Below the pieces are notes generated by a model, which worked only from the letters and a program-made list of their open reading frames with translations, did no database searches and had not been told where the DNA came from. From a virus (Duplodnaviria; Caudoviricetes), in IMG/VR virus record IMGVR_UViG_3300042010_000129, positions 192,001 through 256,000 of that record: DNA of 64,000 nucleotides, one strand, 5' to 3'. Position 1 is the first letter of the stretch. Every line of letters starts with the position of its first letter. The position numbers and the translations under genes were made by a program. Shown here piece by piece: positions 61,240 to 64,000 of this stretch.

Positions 61240-61574
61240 TTTTTCTGGCCTCCAGTGTAATGATCGCGCACCCACTGGCGGGCGTCTGCAATTGCCAGTT
61301 TATTTGGATTATTCAGACTCAATAATCCTTCGTCGCTTTGCGCCACATGCACGTTTGGATTTTCTTCATCCAGTTCATGGTCATGGTCGAAAGGATCGAA
61401 TTGTTTGTGGTGGATTTTTGCAGTCCACATTGCGGTTTGGTGCGAACGGTTTGCGCTTTCGTCGGGCACAGCGGCAAGGGTTGCAATGCGTTTATCGCCA
61501 TCGCAAACCCAAACCTTCGTGCGCTCATGCATGGGCAAATGACGTTCGTCAGGATCACTCAAAAACGTGAGCAT
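61236..61574 (-). CDS. hypothetical protein
   Basis: 112 aa, GGAGG SD. Confidence 0.7.
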   Translation of the reverse strand: MLTFLSDPDERHLPMHERTKVWVCDGDKRIATLAAVPDESANRSHQTAMWTAKIHHKQFDPFDHDHELDEENPNVHVAQSDEGLLSLNNPNKLAIADARQWVRDHYTGGQKK

Positions 61575-61584
61575 TTATTGCCTC

Positions 61585-62790
61585 CTAAAGAACGGTACGG
61601 TAATCGAAATCACCGTCGTAACGAATGTAGAAATTGTTATCGAATTTGCCCAACGTTGCACGGCCTTTACCATTGTCGAAATGGTACGCAACCTGATCAC
61701 CATCTTCGGTGGCGCTGACCATGTAACCCATGCGTTTGAAAAGCTTTTCCAGCGTCGGATAACCGCCGTCACAACTGAACGAAACGCCATCGCCTTGCGG
61801 TGTGTAATCGCGGCAATGTGCATAGCTCAGCAGGTAACGCAATTCGGCAAATTCCGGCTTCAACGCAGATGCAGAGGCGCCTGCAAATACTTCGTCGCGT
61901 TGTTCTTGGAAATCTTTCACCGAATGGTATTTCAGCATATCCGTCACATGATCCAGAATCAGGCCGATGGTATCAGCATCAGACATTTCCGTGGATTCGT
62001 TCGGAGTAAATACCGAGGATGCAAAGGCTTGGGAATCGGCGCCATTTGCTTTACGTTCTGCACGACGTTTCTTTTCACGCGCAGCACGCAATTCATCAAT
62101 GTCATCGCGCAGGTTTTTACCGTGTTTGGAACCGGCCCACACGTTGAACAGAGTTGCACCCAACAGCACGCCGAGGGGCGCAGCAGCCATACCAGCAGCC
62201 AACACACCAGCACCCAACAGGGCCATGGTTGCAACACCGCCCAAAACGCGGTGCATTGCGTGTTTCTGCGTGGTACTCATATCGTCCGGATGTTGTTCAC
62301 CGGAAACCAAATCACGCACGGCGCCCAGCCCTTTTCCGTACATGTTAGGCAGTTTCTTTTGCTGCTGTTGCACAGCGGCCACGATATCCTTTTTGTTCTT
62401 CTGAATGTTGTCAGAAGCTTCGCGAAGGTGTTCGTCTTTTACGCTGTCGAGTGCCTGCAAAGAACTCGGGTTAATCACCGCGACATTCGATTTGTTGAAA
62501 TCGGAAATATCTTTGCGGGCTGCGATTCGCTGACGTTGCTTTTGAATTTCGTCTTCGTCTTTGAATCGCTTGGCGCCCGTTGGCGCAGGCGCTTTCTTTT
62601 CGATGTTGTCCGGATCTTCCTTTCCGGTCATGAGGAAACGATGGCTCGAATGCGGATAGAGTTTAATGTAACGCTCTTTTCCGCTCTTCGACAGTTTCAG
62701 AAATTCACCCTTACTCAGGCGTTTCTGCCACGTTGCCATTTCCTGCACGTGCGATTCGTCCTTGAACGCCCACGCTAGAGCAATAATCAT
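61585..62790 (-). CDS. hypothetical protein with a central hydrophobic hairpin (possible internal head/ejection protein)
   Basis: 401 aa; VLGGVATMALLGAGVLAAGMAAAPLGVLLGATLFNVW. Confidence 0.7.
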   Translation of the reverse strand: MIIALAWAFKDESHVQEMATWQKRLSKGEFLKLSKSGKERYIKLYPHSSHRFLMTGKEDPDNIEKKAPAPTGAKRFKDEDEIQKQRQRIAARKDISDFNKSNVAVINPSSLQALDSVKDEHLREASDNIQKNKKDIVAAVQQQQKKLPNMYGKGLGAVRDLVSGEQHPDDMSTTQKHAMHRVLGGVATMALLGAGVLAAGMAAAPLGVLLGATLFNVWAGSKHGKNLRDDIDELRAAREKKRRAERKANGADSQAFASSVFTPNESTEMSDADTIGLILDHVTDMLKYHSVKDFQEQRDEVFAGASASALKPEFAELRYLLSYAHCRDYTPQGDGVSFSCDGGYPTLEKLFKRMGYMVSATEDGDQVAYHFDNGKGRATLGKFDNNFYIRYDGDFDYRTVL

Positions 62791-63862
62791 AGAAGACTTC
62801 CTGAATTCGTTGGTTCAATTTCACAACGTCAGTTGCGATATCGACCGGAATATCACCGCCCAAATGCATGCTCAGCAAAATGTCGCGATGCTTTGCAGCG
62901 AAACGGTAATGTCCGAGTTGTTGGTAGCAGGCCATCAACATGTGATCGCACCATGTACCCGAATAATACAGATCCTCGAAAATCATATCGTAATCTGGTT
63001 TTTCGTAATCCATCGCGCTTTTCACACACGCCACGGCATGCTCATATTTCCCATTCTGGAAATAATACGAAGCGAGGTGACAGTACGGTTCGCGGATATT
63101 GTTGCAATGTTGAATTGCGTGACGATACCACCACTCGACTGTCTCAAAATCCTGCGACATACGCGCAATGCGCATGCAGCTATCAGCACGGAACGGCGCG
63201 AATGGCTCAAGTTCCACGTGCTGCTGGAAAAGTGGACTCGCCATAGAGAAATTACCCATCGCTTGATATTCGCGAGCGAGGTACGAAAGATTCCGTGCGT
63301 CGTTGGGGTTTTCTTCGTAGGCAAGTTTCAGCAAATCAATGTAGTGCCCCGGCGTTTTTTGTTCACCGTAATGCACGACCATGATCGGCAGGGTAGGCTT
63401 CTGTCCAGCTTCCTGCGCGATCAATATTTCGTGTACTGGATATTGCCATGCACAGGTATTGCGACGATGAATCGCCAGACGCGGATAGGACATTAAAATG
63501 TTCCCATGTTCGTCGTGCGAATAAACCAGCGTGTAGTTGGCCGTAGACATTTCTTCTGTGAATTGTGTTTCGATTACTTCCCGCCAATCGGGGGACAAAC
63601 GTTCATCGAAATCGAGAGAAATGCAAACGTCGTAGTCATTTGGAATATAAGACATTGCCTCATTACGGGCATGGTCGAACCGGAAAGGTTTACCGGTGTG
63701 CATCTGGTTGACTACAGCGCCGCCCGCTTCCAGCAGGCCTATTGTGGCGTCTTTGCTCCCAGTGTCCAGAACAAAGATGCCGTCTGCATCCTTCACATTT
63801 TCCAGCCAAGTTTCAATCTGGTTTTGTTCATCTTTCGCAATTGCGTACACGGCAATTTTCAT
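62711..63862 (-). CDS. GT2-family glycosyltransferase with TPR repeats
   Basis: IAVYAIAKDE, V.DTGS.D.T, FD.ARN, C.SLD.DE (DxD); C-terminal TPR-like helices (NPNDARNLSYLAREY, REPYCHLA). Confidence 0.85.
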   Translation of the reverse strand: MKIAVYAIAKDEQNQIETWLENVKDADGIFVLDTGSKDATIGLLEAGGAVVNQMHTGKPFRFDHARNEAMSYIPNDYDVCISLDFDERLSPDWREVIETQFTEEMSTANYTLVYSHDEHGNILMSYPRLAIHRRNTCAWQYPVHEILIAQEAGQKPTLPIMVVHYGEQKTPGHYIDLLKLAYEENPNDARNLSYLAREYQAMGNFSMASPLFQQHVELEPFAPFRADSCMRIARMSQDFETVEWWYRHAIQHCNNIREPYCHLASYYFQNGKYEHAVACVKSAMDYEKPDYDMIFEDLYYSGTWCDHMLMACYQQLGHYRFAAKHRDILLSMHLGGDIPVDIATDVVKLNQRIQEVFYDYCSSVGVQGRIARAGNGNVAETPE

Positions 63863-64000
63863 TTACTTAACTCGCTGTTGGTCGAAAGCCGAAATGCTTT
63901 CCATGATGGATTTGACAAGCCCGGTTGCGCCCTCCGCACTAGGCGGGAATTTAACGGCGTTCGGCCACTGCACACTGCGATAGTGGTTGTTCGTTTTCAC
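63863..64000 (-). CDS. partial CDS (C-terminal end)
   Basis: Open frame ...KSIMESISAFDQQRVK-stop abutting the GT2 start. Confidence 0.5.
   Translation of the reverse strand: MKTNNHYRSVQWPNAVKFPPSAEGATGLVKSIMESISAFDQQRVK

Noticed and set aside
1-64000. tRNA/rRNA genes, introns/inteins and stop-codon reassignment
   Set aside because: No T-arm GTTCGAATC cloverleaf was found by eye, intergenic gaps are short, and known enzymes (Dcd, sheath, MCP) are uninterrupted with standard stops; a tRNAscan run would be definitive

Overview
This window is a 64-kb segment of a large lytic dsDNA tailed phage (jumbo myovirus with a contractile T4-like tail), about 50% GC, with every credible gene on the minus strand. 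Long plus-strand ORFs are antisense shadows. In transcription order (right to left) it carries a GT2-TPR glycosyltransferase, a head module (prohead protease, acidic scaffold-like protein, decoration-like protein, major capsid protein), and neck, sheath, tube and baseplate genes. The tail module includes a 1172-aa protein with two peptidoglycan-hydrolase domains. Next come dCTP deaminase and about 40 kb of small accessory genes: metallophosphoesterase, DprA/SLOG-like, DUF1353, stand-alone muramidase, stand-alone LytTR, XRE-HTH, TraR/DksA, a KTSC/histone-H1-like protein, an acyl-carrier-protein fusion and several Zn-binding proteins. Gene order and protein style recall PaBG/Lu11/Y3-type jumbo myoviruses; this is inference from memory and needs BLAST. 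The main unexplained signals are (1) a classic A_AAA_AAG plus 3' stem-loop -1 frameshift site that would fuse a 307-aa protein to a start-less beta-propeller-like frame; (2) four families of repeated intergenic elements: six sigma70 promoter/stem-loop/ACACTCAC/SD cassettes, seven CCCGC-hairpin cassettes, covarying GCAUC-loop-GGUGC hairpins and a strand-specific ACTGTAAATA motif; (3) an ACP domain with an intact DSxD serine fused to an unknown domain; and (4) an A-x-A-S motif repeated 14 times in the scaffold-like protein, suggesting assemblin-like Ala/Ser maturation cleavage. No tRNA, rRNA, CRISPR array, integrase or transposase was seen. Many starts were moved downstream of the ORF-track start using SD sites and ATGA overlaps. 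All family assignments are by motif recognition, not database search.
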